This document shows, piece by piece, positions 38,901 through 51,800 of a stretch of DNA of 64,000 nucleotides. The stretch spans positions 712,201-776,200 of the forward strand of contig NC_092679.1 in assembly GCF_964355755.1 (NCBI RefSeq). Reading direction: 5' to 3'. The stretch comes from Antedon mediterranea (Eukaryota; Animalia; Echinodermata). The translations under genes were made by a program, and so were the position numbers. Below the pieces are notes generated by a model that worked only from the letters and a program-made list of their open reading frames with translations, ran no database searches and was not told the DNA's origin. Within the stretch, counting starts at the first letter, position 1; each line of letters opens with the position of its first letter.

Positions 38901-41822
38901 TCATAGTCACACATAAATACTGATGTACGTCGGAAGGCTATATACTTTATGCATGCTGCCTAACTGCCAGTGATCTAAACAATTATAGGTACGCAGTTGT
39001 CTGGCGGTGTCCTTTGTACGAATCGTTCGTGCCCCAGTTCGCTATGAGACGCGTCAATATCATGTTACATGCAGGGACCAAACATTTATTTTTTAGGTTA
39101 AAATCGGCAATTCATTTGCAGCTTTTAGAAATTTACAGACACGTATCGCTAGTTGACGCTCATACAGAGAAGAAGGTTCACGAACAAGTTTACGAATTTT
39201 TCAATTTACAAACAACTTTTTGTACTGTGGGGCACGTATTTGGAGGATTCTTGGAGATGAGGGTGAGGTATTGGGCATGTCGGGGATGGGGGTTCGCAGT
39301 CAGTTAAGGGGGGTTCGCTGTAAAGGGGGGGTTCGCCCGAACCATAAAAACCCCCCCTGGCTACGGGCCTGAAGCAGCTGCATAAATTCTTTTGATAAGG
39401 TAAATTAAAATAAGGGACTTACTTAAATTCATTTCTATGTCAGATTTCCGATACTCAATTGCTGATTGAGGGCGATGATCACGACTTGACATACTTCGTG
39501 CTGACCCTGGTCTTGATCGTAGTTCTGCTTCTGTTGCAATGCTGTTGCGTTGCTCGCTCCGAGCAGGGAAACCTGAAGCAGAAACAATTTACTTTAATTG
39601 AGGATAAAAATCAACATTATTTTTGTTGAAATTCATTTACAACAAATTTTGATTTACTAAAGGTCTGTCTACACTCTATCAAACTTTATGTAACAAAAAA
39701 ATGCGATGTGTCTATAATGGACATGATGTCATATCACTACCATATTTGGGAATATCACTACCATATTTGGGCACATCACACTTTTTTTGTCAATCTAGTT
39801 TGATAGTGTAGACAGAGCTTAAGAAGGTATGACTTACATGGAGCATTGAGGTATCCATGGAATAGAACATTGCCACAGTTTGATCTCCCAAGATCCTCAC
39901 AAAGTGATAACTTCTTTACAAGAGGAGATATGCCATAGAACTCTGCATCATGTCTTAGAGTGGTAATATTGACACCTCTTAAATCCAAGTCTTTGGTTCG
40001 CATGTAATTTAAGATGGGAACAAACACCACTGGGTCACGATCAATAAATATCTGTTAAAACAAATATTAATTTAAAAAAATTATAAAAGAAAATTGAAAT
40101 ACCCCGATAAATATATATATTATTTAAAACAAAATTATTAATGAAGTTATTTGATTGAAAATGAATGCAAAGCTTGACAGGCTTTTAACATTCATGTTTG
40201 AATGACCAATATAATGTAACTTACAGCTCCTTCCTCATCTCTCATTGATGATATACGACCACTGAGAAGACTGAAAAGAGAAAAATAGCAATGCATATTC
40301 ATTTTGGTTTTGTGAGTTTAAAACCGCAAATAATTAACATGCATTTTCATAATCATATTTCTTACCTGGAAAAGAAGGAATCTGGTACCCATGATAGTGT
40401 TTGTTTTGAGGTTGAAAATCTGAAATGAAATCATTATGCACTTTATTTACCAAAAGATGGTATTAATATCAATCAGAAGTTCAAACCAGAAATAACTTGT
40501 CTAGCTAGGTTAGGTAGAACTAGCCTACTTGGCTGAATTATTTTTTCTCCTTGTTTACCATACCAATGGCTTAGGCTAAATAATTCTAAGTAATTTATAC
40601 TAATAGTCATCCATTTTATTCAAATTTAAAAATGTATACAGTACTTTCATCATCATCAAAAAATCATTCATTTTTTATTAATTAAAAATGAATCACATCA
40701 GAAAACAAAAACAGGTTGATATAAAATAAATAAAGAGATAAAAAGAAATCACACAAAAACTTGAATTCATGGTTTCTGGGGCCGATCGTAACAGTGAATG
40801 AAATATTCCAGTCACCAGTCTCGGGTCTAGGCCCTATCTAGAAGGCATGTGCCGCTAGCTAGAGTGCTCGGGTAGGTTGCAAACTAAGCGCAGGCGGCCT
40901 ATCTACTACTAGGCTAGCCAGCCGGGAAACAGACAATCAGGACCACGGGCGATCGGGCCCAAGACGATCGGGCCCACATTTTGCGGTCCCGATCGTCTTA
41001 CCAGTTGGTTCCGATCGTCCAGTATTTTCAGAACCACCTTGGGCCCGATCGTCTTAGCATTGGGCCCGATAGTCTTTTTTGATATATAAAATGATGTGCC
41101 ACATTTCATTCCTAGTGCTTAGTGTTGACGTTTCTTTCGTAAATTAAGATTTTAATTAAAAAGGTTAATTAGATTTTTCTGATTTTATCATAATTTTCTC
41201 CTAATTAACACTACTGGTTTTAAGAATTTCTTACCAAATAATCTCGATTTATGAATAAATGTGATTGATTTTGATTGTTATTAATATTATTGTGTTGTAT
41301 GTATTCCCGTATTAAATTTTTGCTCTAGGCTAGGCCTAGGCTAGGCCTGTACAGTGTGATATAACTTGACTTCTCTCTTGCGACAAAATTAATATCACGT
41401 ACATGCGTGAAACCTGATTCGGTAATACATAACAATTAACATATGTTCATATTTTCCGGACTTTAAATCGAATAATTATTTTTTTTAATTTTCCGAGAAT
41501 GTTTTGGGCCCAACGTCTTATTCATTGGGCCCGATCGTCTCTGGTCCCGATCGTCTTTCACCCTTGATGGGCCCGATCGTCTCACGATTTGGGCCCGATC
41601 GTCTTGAAGTGGCCCCGATCGTCCGTGGTTCCGATCGTCTGATAAACTAGCCAGCCTTCTTTTTTAGGCCTGGCCTGCTGGTGATGGGCCCTCTAATCTA
41701 GGAGTAGTTAGCAGCTAGGCCTAGTCCTAGGCCATGGAATTATTGTATTTTATTCAAATTACTTACTTTGTTCCACCAACATTTAGTTTGATTATTTCAC
41801 TGGGTGGAAAGGTGTAATTCAT
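32901..41822 (-). CDS. KCTD3: BTB/POZ + WD40-like protein KCTD3/SHKBP1 orthologue, about 15 exons
   Basis: Exon 1 (41767-41822) [19 protein letters not shown]; 40366-40419 [18 protein letters not shown]; 40225-40270 [15 protein letters not shown]; 39838-40051 [22 protein letters not shown]. Later exons give [47 protein letters not shown] and [24 protein letters not shown]. Stop at 32901-32903. Confidence 0.95.
34551..34708. mobile_element. hAT-like MITE, 8-bp TSD AAGG(T/C)GAC, possibly nested in an older TA-flanked element (34511-34746)
   Basis: CAGTGGC...GTCACTG ends, 8-bp flanks with one mismatch, GC-rich interior. Confidence 0.65.
36064..36377. repeat. 15-bp minisatellite (TGTAATGTTATTGTA) x ~21
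   Basis: Perfect tandem array in a KCTD3 intron. Confidence 0.97.
37105..37385 (+). mobile_element. 5S rRNA-derived SINE (SINE3-like) or 5S pseudogene, antisense in a KCTD3 intron
   Basis: 37105-37222 aligns along the length of 5S rRNA (TACCATGTTGAA...GATCACTAAAGTTTAGC...CTTGGATGGGATACCATCTGGGAATACCGGGTGCTGTA) with many substitutions and no oligo-T terminator. It is followed by a ~150-bp body and a (TA)n tail. Confidence 0.8.
38310..39371. mobile_element. Non-autonomous hAT-like DNA transposon with 5-bp TSD (AAGCA)
   Basis: TIRs CAGGGCCGTAGCCAGG / CCTGGCTACGGGCCTG, AAGCA on both sides, GGGGGTTCG subterminal motifs, no transposase ORF. Confidence 0.85.
40924..41647. mobile_element. MULE/foldback-like element with subterminal GGGCCCGATCGTCT arrays, 9-10-bp TSD
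   Basis: (C)TAGCCAGCC is duplicated at 40914-40923 and 41647-41656. More than a dozen CCGATCGTC-type motifs cluster near both ends, inverted at the left end. Confidence 0.8.
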
Positions 41823-42184
41823 TTTTAGAATAATATTAAGGAATTATAAGAGAAATTGTTCATCTTTCTTGTGTCGTCGTATGTACTTGTACGTCGTGTG
41901 TGATGAGCAATCGCATGATGTGTGATGCTCCACTACACACTCTAGGCCTATACTCTAGAGTAGTCTCTATGCAAAGATACTATCTTTTCGTCTCAACAAC
42001 AAAATCATAATATAATGCGGATATTGCGCAATTATTTATTGACTAATGACCTATCGCCCATGTGTTTCATTACACATCGAGCAGGTTCCACGTGCTTCTA
42101 TTATTGACTAATATTTATTTATAAAGTATAGTCATCCTAATTTTATTTTCATTTTATGTTCAGTTTTTGCACAAATAAGTTCAT
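41823..42184. promoter_or_regulatory. Short divergent intergenic region, probable bidirectional promoter of KCTD3 and TRAF3
   Basis: 362 bp lie between the opposing ATGs. The region is locally CpG-richer, with a perfect ATTGCGCAAT palindrome at 42023-42032 and CACGTG at 42089-42094. Confidence 0.5.
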
Positions 42185-45100
42185 ATGAGTGATTCTCCTC
42201 TTAGTCTTACCTTTCCTCAGGCTGCTGTGTCCACACAGCACGACGCCTCATCAGACCAAATCTCTAATTTGTTAGCACTGACACATAACTCTTTTCAAAA
42301 GTGTTTTGATTCCCAAGAAGTTGAATTTATAGAAGGAAGTATATTAGACGACCTAAGATGTGTTTTGTGTCGACGTCCCCTCCTCCGGGCGCAGCAGGCA
42401 CCTTGTGGATGCAGATTTTGTTCATGTATTTTGAATCAGACATACGAGTAAGTAGGCTATGACGTAATGATTTTGAGTTTTGTATTTTTAAAGATGCATT
42501 GTCCCTTTTACTAATTCCAAAAAAAATTATTTAAACAATTTCGAAAAAAGTCGGTCATTTTGAAGTATCATAATAGTTATTAACTTTCACCAAAAATTAT
42601 AGTAAAAAAAAAATCTTTTCTCAGTGAAATACAGACGTTTTTTGTTCAAAAAATAACTTTGATTTCCAGTCAAAGTTTTTGATCAAAACATATCCTAATG
42701 GAACGCGCTTGTTTGGCTACTCTGTATGCATAATCATAAACTTCCTCGCGATCTGTGTGAAAACACCTTCTCAACCGTGACGAGTTGTAAACAATCCTAA
42801 TTAGCATCATTCATAATGCATACTCGTGGTTTGAAATCTTTGTTTACTTTCGCTCACGACGATTTTCAAGACGAAATGTAATTAAACTAATTTACCTGTT
42901 AATTACGTAAATTTGTTAATTTTGGCTCGAATTTTCGACTTAAAGTGAATAACTTTAATATTACTTTGATATGGCCAATTTAAATTCAGAATATTTTGAC
43001 CTTCATATGAAAATATGTATGTTGAGACTTAATTTTAATTTTTAAATAAAGGTATTTTATTAAAATGTAACACCGTATCTAAACTTTAGAAATGGTGATA
43101 CTAATCTTCTTTTTAATCAGAGGGCCCAAGTAGAATGCAAAAGTTTTAGGTCAATCGACCCAGTATAAATTTGTCTGGATGAGTAGCCTAATCGACGTGA
43201 TTATGACTTAAAATATTTAGACTGGTAATCTATATATATATGACTAATTTAAATCAATAGCCTCATCATAATTTGGCTGTTTAAATTTAGTCACTACCGT
43301 AGTTAGCCTATACGATCTTTTTCACCTTCGAAAATAGAAGAAATGTTTTAAATTTTATTTGATTTGAAAGAAATAAATGTTAATTTGAATTGAATTGACC
43401 TTTTAGTGACTTCGTTTCAAAATCACAAGCATTACATGTTGCAACACTATAGGCAATAATAACTATTTATTTATCCATTTTTATCACCATAACTTTGGCC
43501 GTACGATACTAATAATAGGCCATATAATAATCTTTATAATGACTATATTTTAATAAACCTCTTTTCAACGAACCGGGGAAGACATGTCATTTTTATACAT
43601 CATGTTCTTTTTTTATTGAAATTATTAAAACGTAGGCCTATGTCATTAGTCATGTTAGCATTGAATTGTTATAGCCTCCTACCATTTTTTTTATTCATTT
43701 TGTTTATTGATTTTATTAATAAATCGTAATTAATACTTACTTATAGTACAGTATCGCTCCAAACACTATCCAATAACATTAAATGACTCCAAAATAATTG
43801 AAAATAAATTCTGTTGTAGCGATTTTGAAAATACTGTTTGTCCGAACTGTAATGAAGAATTTAACAAGAAAGAACTGGCACCCGACCATCATGCCAGACG
43901 GCAAATCCAAAGGGCTATCGTGTACTGTCCTCATAAAGACAACGGGTGTATAGACACGTTCCCTCTAAAGGAACTTAAAGAACATGTTGAAGGTTGTCTT
44001 CATTCGCCTGTTGTCTGTATGCACCATACCCGAGGATGTCAAGCCAAGTTGTTGAGAAAGGATCTGATGGAACATTTAAAGAACACTTGTGATTATCGAT
44101 TGGTTAAGTGTCAATATTGCAGCGAGAGCCTTCCCCATACGGACGTTCAGGTCAGTACACTTTCCTATACTAGTAGTAGGCATACTTTATCTTTAGGCCT
44201 AATATTTGAGAAATTTAAGAAAAAATATTCAAAAGCAGAAAAATAATGGTAGGCCTAAACATGACATTATCTTTACGAAATAGCGCTATATAAATGTCGC
44301 ATTATATATAATGACTTCAAATAATTATCTTACGGTATATTATTCATTGAATTCTAGGAACATGAAAAATCCTGTTCAAAATTGCCGGTCAATTGTCCGA
44401 ATAACTGTGGCCAGAAGGACATACAGAAGGACCTTATTGAACAACATATAGATGAATACTGCCCACTTCAAGAAAAAACCTGTAAATACCAACCTTACGG
44501 ATGTACATTTAAGGTAAGTGGTATCTTTTGGTACTTTATAATGGTATTATAAGGTTGAACAGGGTCCCTAAGATGGGGGTTGGGAGTGTAGGTGTTGGGA
44601 ATGTACAACTTTGTTCCTCACCTCAGGCCCAGCTCTCATACAAAATGCATATTAAAAACACACGTACAATCTTTTATTGATTATTGCTCATTTCAGGGTG
44701 TGTTGGAACAATTAGAAAAGCACATGGACGTGGATGTTAAGAAACATCTTCATTTGGTAACCATGACAACTGCAATGTTGGATTTAAAATTTTCGGAATC
44801 GTTACGTTACATCAGCGAATTAAAGGGTCAGAGAAGCGTAGATGATGAGAAGGAAAAAGAACTTTTGAGAGAGATTAATTCAATAAAGAATACGCTTAAA
44901 GTTAAGGATGAACGATTTGGCAGTTTACAGGTAAGCATAGTCATCATGAAGATGATAATGAAGATAATGATGATAATAATGATGATGATGATGATGATGA
45001 TGATGATTATGATGATGATGATGATGAAGACGATGATGGTGTGGATGATGGTGATGATGATGACGACGATGATGATGGTGATGATGATGATGGTAATGAT

Positions 45101-46779
45101 GATGATGACGATGATGATGATAATGACGATGATGATGATGATGATGACGATGATGATGATGATGATGATGACGATGATGATGATGATGATGATGATGATG
45201 TAAAAATTATGTAAAAGTTGATAGTGCGTGTTTATAAATTGTGTCTTTTTGTGATTCACTATTCCAGAAATTCTTTGGTAAGCATTTGGATAATTTCAAA
45301 ACATTTGAAGCCAAAGTTGAAAATGCGGCTGACAAAAGGGATTTAGTGGAACTACGACAATTACTGATACCTCTACAAGATTCCGTAACACTATTGGCAA
45401 GAAAAGTGGAAGAAGTTGAAGAAAATGCACACCGTGCAGTGGGTGTCCCATCAACAATTAGGCCTATAACGAACGGTATGTATCTAAAGCATTTGATGTG
45501 CCCATTATGGACATGATGATGTCATATCACTACCATATTTGGACATATTACTACCATATTTGGGCACATCACACTTTTTTTGTCAAACTATAGTTTGATA
45601 GTGTAGACAGGGCTTTATAATTAATAGTTTCAGAATGAGAGAATTGTCATTGATATTTCTCCTTAGTTCATGTTAGGCCTCAACCACTTCACACCGTCTA
45701 ATTATTTCATACTTTATGGCAATCACTCGTGATTTTGTAGAAGTTAGAATGTGATTGTGTGGTATACAGTTAGAATAATATTTTGAAACTATAATCGTCT
45801 CTTATAATTTGTATAGGACATGGACAAATAGCGAGTTTTGAGAAAGAGTTAAACGTTCAGTCTGTGAAGCAAGCTGAGAACGAAATACGATTCCAACTGT
45901 TGGAAACAGCCAGCTATGACGGTGTATTGCTTTGGAAAATCTCGGGAATAAGTCGAAGGAGACAAGAAGCCGTGAATGGAAAAATACTATCTTTGTACAG
46001 TCAGCCGTTCTATACCAGTAGATATGGTTATAAGATGTGCGCAAGGATATATCTAAACGGGGACGGGATGGGCAAGGGGACGCATGTTTCTCTTTTTTTT
46101 GTCGTCATGAAAGGGGACTACGACGCCCTTCAACAATGGCCCTTCAGGCAAAAGGTAATATACATTAATATTTATAGTTTTTAAGAAGAAGTATGAATAA
46201 AAGGGAATTCTATTGAAGCCCGGTATTAAAACCACATTTCCCATATATTTTTCTTTCTTTCTTGTGGTTGTCAAAATAACATTTAGGCCTATAACTACAT
46301 GACTTATTATTTAAGAAATTCCTTTCAGAACTCCCAAAACTAAAAAAAGAATATTACCAGCTTATAATAATATTATCTCATCACTTATCACTTTCATAGT
46401 CCTCGCCTACATCATTATGAGTTACCACAGCTTGTGCTTTTGTAGCTATGAAAACTTTCTTTTTTAATTTTCCCATCATTGTTTTTTTCTCACACCCGAA
46501 ATTATTTCTTTTTCGGGTCGACGTATGATTTATTTATTAATGTTCTTTTTCTAGGTGACGATGATATTGCTTGACCAGGAGACTGGTACACGGAGTCTAA
46601 CAGACTCATTCAAGCCTGACGTGCGCAGTAGTAGTTTTAAACGACCTACTGGTGACATGAATGTTGCATCCGGGTGCCCCCTGTTTGTGTCCAATCAAGT
46701 TTTACGTGATTCAGCTTATGTTAAGGATGACACAATGTTTGTTAAGTTAATTGTCGATACATCTGACCTGTTCATTTAA
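42185..46779 (+). CDS. TRAF3: TNF receptor-associated factor 3-like (RING, TRAF zinc fingers, coiled coil, MATH), 7 coding exons
   Basis: Exons 42185-42447, 43820-44150, 44358-44513, 44697-44930, 45268-45475, 45817-46154 and 46555-46779 join in frame. The MATH domain LETASYDGVLLWKI...LSLYSQPFYTSRYGYKMCARIYLNGDGMGKGTHVSLFF...KDDTMFVKLIVDTSDL is closest to TRAF3 (TRAF3/5 clade). Confidence 0.9.
44945..45200. repeat. Imperfect (ATG)n microsatellite
   Basis: Intronic, starting just after the TRAF3 donor at 44930. Confidence 0.95.
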
Positions 46780-46855
46780 CAGGAGACACAAAGCAAGGAC
46801 GTAGACGCATCGTAATAATCCATCGCTTGTGATTGGTGCGCACAATCATTACTAA

Positions 46856-46989
46856 GGCTTGGTTCCCAAGAGACGCAAGCAAGGGCGTAGACGCAACGCA
46901 AGTGAATTGACCAATCACAAATGAATTGGAATAATCCATCGCTTGTGATTGGTCAAATCAAATACGTGTCTCTCTGTGGGAACCAAGCA
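46856..46989. mobile_element. MITE in TRAF3 3' UTR, TIR GCTTGGTTCCCA, TAA TSD
   Basis: TIRs with TAA flanks. A deleted relative lies at 46783-46837, directly after the stop codon. Confidence 0.7.
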
Positions 46990-47630
46990 TAACCCTACTG
47001 CTATAATAATATAGGCCCTACCTTGAATGTAGTATAAATAATGTTATTGAAATTGAACACTTATGTACAGTATGGTATTTTATAGTTTTTATATTTATTT
47101 ATATATAATCTATTTAAAAATGTACAACTTATATCTATTATTACGGAATTAATTCAATGAAATTAAATTTCAATAGTAATAAATTCAAAGTAAAAAACGT
47201 TTATAAATACAGTATTTATAGTCTATTAAGGTGTATTAAGCGAAATCAACTTTTATTTTTATAATGAAGTAATACTCGCAATATTTTTTTTTTAAAGTTG
47301 TCTAGGCCTATAGTAAAGTCATCATTATTGTGCCAATATTTTATAAAGAATAACACTTTTGATAATATAAATTTTAGTTTTAATGGTAAAATAAACAATG
47401 TTAAGGCAAAATTAAAGATATTTAGGTAAGTATGGCACTACAATTTTATATGTAAATATTTTCTTGTTTATTTGTTATTAGAAAAGGATAATTTCCTTTC
47501 TGCTGCCTAAGTTTCAAGAAAGTTGTAATAGTTAGTTATGTAGCCTACATTTGAATTAATATTTTTATCATTGTTTTTCGAACTATTTTGAATTATCATT
47601 ACATTTGTTTAAATATGAATTATTAATAAT

Positions 47631-47786
47631 TGAACGGTATAGGGCCTACCTTGTTGCATAATATCGCCTACACATAGATCTATATTTCACAGGCAGTAAA
47701 CACATGAGTTACACATGAACGGTATAGGGCCTACCTTGTTGCATAATATCGCCTACACAGTAGATCTATATTTAAACACATGAGTT
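47631..47786. repeat. ~85-bp tandem duplication downstream of TRAF3
   Basis: TGAACGGTATAGGGCCTACCTTGTTGCATAATATCGCCTACACA occurs twice. Confidence 0.85.
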
Positions 47787-48875
47787 TCTATTTTAATGTT
47801 TGATTTGTTTGCATGACCAATGCTGACAGCATCACAAACTTTATTTATAGAAAAAAACTAATATTGCAAATAAATAGAATGAATTAGCAGGCCTAAATAT
47901 CTTTCTTTTTTAAAACCGAAAACATTTTTGGAAATATGTGTCCTTTCACTTTCGGTATAGTTACATCTTTGAGCAGCAACAAAATATCTGTTTTTTCTAC
48001 ACATTCATGACTGTGTTTCATATTCGAGTACTATTGTATCGCTGTTCTGCAATGAGGCCGCCTGTTGCATTCATATCTAATGATTCGTATGATTGCGTAA
48101 TAATAATATGCGATGGAATTAAAAGTGTGTTTGAACACATGACGTTGCATTGACACGTCACGGTCACACCGTGTTGTGTTAACATGCGCTATTGTACCTT
48201 TGATCATGCCTTATTTGAGTCACAATCGTTACTATCACATGTTTAGCCACATCATATTTATTTAGTAATATATTATTATACTATGATGATATCAAATTTA
48301 TGGTCACGCCTATGTTCATGAAATGTATATTATGCTTTACTTTATTGTAATAGTACCGTACTAATTGGTACTTACTATACAGTAGATATTTAGTAAACAT
48401 AAATAATGAAAATCCGGTCAGTTTATCTATAAACTCCCTAAAAATGACGTTATCCATTGTAATTATAGGCATCCTGTTATTTAATGAATAAGCCGACAAC
48501 GAAAATTTCTGTTATTATTTTTTAATATTATTATGATAGCATAAACATAAAACATACAGTAGGCCTATAATAACATTCATTTTAACAAAAAAACGGGAAA
48601 ATTGTGTTATTCAATACATAGTTAGGTAAAATAACAACCTCCATTCCTTCATTTTATCACGTACGTCCATTTTTACAAAATCAATTCAGGATCTCCATCA
48701 AATGGAAAAAAAAAGAAAACATTTATAATTTATAAAAAGGGAATGGAATGCAACTCTAAAGAAAAATTGGTATCTCACATGCAACAGTCCATTGTTATAT
48801 TAATACAATTTATATATACAAACGACAACATTTAAATAAAAACGATTTGGAAGCATAAAATATTGTTTATTCCAG

Positions 48876-51800
48876 TTACGGGTCGGGTTCAATGTAGTCT
48901 GAGTTGTTGTCTGAACTAAGATTGTTTGGCGCGTCTTTATCTGCTGCTGCATCCATTGTAGCCACTCTATCATTTCTTCCCATGATAGACGAGCCAGGCT
49001 GGAGGTATTGGTGAGGTAGTAAGTAATCTGTACCGAACTCCTCTTCCATGTCTTGGTATTCCGTGGAGTCACCAAGCATGTGGAGCTTGCCATTCAAAAG
49101 CTCTTCCTCAATGTCTTGATAATCTGCTGAATCTCCGAGCATATTGAGTAATTCTATCGATCCTTTTTTTATCATTTTTGTCGGCGTTTCCAAAGTTTTA
49201 TCAAAGTCTTTTGAGTCACCTAACATGTTGTCTGCGCTCTTCGTATTGGCGGTAGGTATTAAATCGTGTTGATCGCCCTTATTTGCAGACTTGATTGTAA
49301 TAATTTCTTTCTCAAAATCTTGATATTCCATAGATTCGCCTAACATATGGACAGATTCATTGCTCCGACCACCACCACCGGTCGTGAGGTATTTATTGCT
49401 GGTGTTTTCAGTAACGTCCACGTGACCACCAGTATGTGTTGGCGGGTAAGTATGAATTCCACGAGTGACGTCAGGATGCCATCTCTGGTGGTTGCCAGGA
49501 TAATTTATCCCGCGTATAGTAGAATCCAAGGTTCCCGGATCTTCATGTTCGTTATCAATCTTGTAGTAATACGGACCAGGGGGTCGCCAAACATTGGCAG
49601 TAGTTGGACCTTTCAAATCTAGATAGGCGTAGCTTTCAGATGACGCCTGGCTAGGAACCATACGTCGTCGCCTGTTAGATGGGTCGCCGTTAGATGGGTC
49701 GCCGTGAGATGCATCGTCGGCAGGCGTGTCATACAATCTATTACGTTTAGGAATCGGGACTGCATATTCAGGTTCGTTTAACTGCTTATTATGTTGTCGT
49801 AGACTTGTATATTTAATTGGGTAACCAGGGAGATAGTACGCATAACCTTCAGGATTGACGGCGTACAAGTGCTCTGGGACGGCAACGCTTGATGGCAGGG
49901 TTCCTTTCTCAGAGTACGGAATGTAAGTAGAGTAGGCGCTGTCGGCTTGACTTGGTAACGTTTCACCTGTACACGGAATAATAATTAAAAATAATTATCA
50001 TGTTGTATAGTTTTATTATATAATTTATTAATTAATAATGTTCGAAAGAATGTGTATCTATGAACGTGTCTGTCACCAGTAACCATGGATATCACTAGAA
50101 ACGGTAACTCATGAAAGCGTAGGAGCTTAAAAATCAATTATAATTGGGTTGTGTTTTTCTTTCAATGTAATGGCTGTGTTATCTATCTGTTCATCGCTTG
50201 AGTAATTCAAAAATTTGTTTTTATGAGTACGTGACAAAAACATGTTACGAGGGGGTGGGGAGTGGGAGTAAGTATTTCACTATCATTGCATTAAAATAAT
50301 TTTTATTTCTTTAAATAATAATAAAATTTGGGCAGAACAGTAAATTGTGTTGAAATAACAGTAGGCCTACTTACTTCTATAGCCCACGCCCGGCCTCACT
50401 CCAAATGATTTATGGCTATTATTTTTCGTTTTGTTTTTCTCCAACCTACATAATTATTGTGAAACAGAGTATTAGCATGGAGTTGTAATTTCAACTCTCT
50501 GGTGTTAATTATGCCAATTTGACAGTTTTAATTTGAATATCTTAAAGCCTTTTTTAAACAATTCCTATATTCACTTTCATAATCAACTGGGGCGTTAAAT
50601 GATATAATGTTTTAGTTCTGCCTTTAAAAAAAAAACCGTTACTCTTGTAATAACAGTCAGGAAAAGCAGTACCATTTGTACAGTATAATAACAAATATTG
50701 TTCATTCATTCTTTATATGTTTTCCCTAATCGAAATCGAACAGGAAAAGTGACAATCCTGTTTTTATTTAGTTTTATTAGAACCAAAAATAAATAAAACC
50801 AGTTAACTTATTGGCCTAATATAATAACCATATTCTGCATGTCAAGATTCTTGTTATTTTATTTTTGACATTTAAATGAAAGTCATATGTCACAAGGATG
50901 TTTCGGGGAAAAGTAAACATTTTTAGCACAAATTAATTGTTACTTCTTTCTATATTTTATGAATATCAACAAGGATATCCGTAATGATGTCCGTCTTGGA
51001 TAAATATAAAATAATTCGATAAATTCCCTTGTATTGTACGTATTGTATTCTGTACAATTCGGTAACTGGCCATAGGAGGAAATACATATTTCCTCCATTG
51101 ATGGGAAAACTCACCTTCGTTTTCTTCGGAATAATAATGTTATTAATGTGATAATAAAGATGATAAATAAGACGGCTGCTGAACCGGAAGCTGCGACCGT
51201 TAATATTGGGGACATGTGGCCATTCTCCCTGACAAACGTCATCTGTGACGCATTTGCCTGACTTGTGTTCCCTAAAAAGGAAATAAAATAGATTATTAAT
51301 TAATTATCTAATATATCTTTTTATGTCATAGGCCTACAACGCGCAGGACAAAATCAATTGCTTCTTTATTGATAGTTTATTTTTGGACAAGTGTAATAAC
51401 TTGTGTAAATTATCTAGTTTTACAACTATAAATGAGTGGCAAATATCATTTTTTTTAATACTGATATTTAATATATTATTATAATAATGATAAATTAATA
51501 TATTTTTATATATTGTAATGTAAAATTCCATCGTTTATTGATTATACAAAATACACCCCATTGGATCATTAATGAGTAATTAATATATCAACTGAGTCAG
51601 AATAAGAGAAACACTAATAGAAAATTACAACAACAGAAAAGGAATTCCGTGGAAATTTAGGTACACCTCCATGATAGTACTAACAGTGAATCACTGTTCA
51701 TTCAATCGTGAATATAGTAAATCGGTGAGGGCGCCATGCTACTTGATCAGAACATGGAGTAATTATTTATTTTTCTAAATAATTCCTCCATAATCAGAAT

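Noticed and set aside
38250-39307. Short ORFs as a transposase, or a Transib/RAG-like element (CAC start, 5-bp TSD)
   Set aside because: No DDE or other domain motifs are visible. The TIR pairing starts at CAGG, and the right end is CCTG rather than GTG.
42488-43030. Kolobok-like element (TTAA-AGATGCATTGTCCC)
   Set aside because: Only one plausible end was found, with no matching TIR.
44931-45259. Poly-Met / poly-Ile ORFs
   Set aside because: (ATG)n intron sequence after the TRAF3 donor at 44930.
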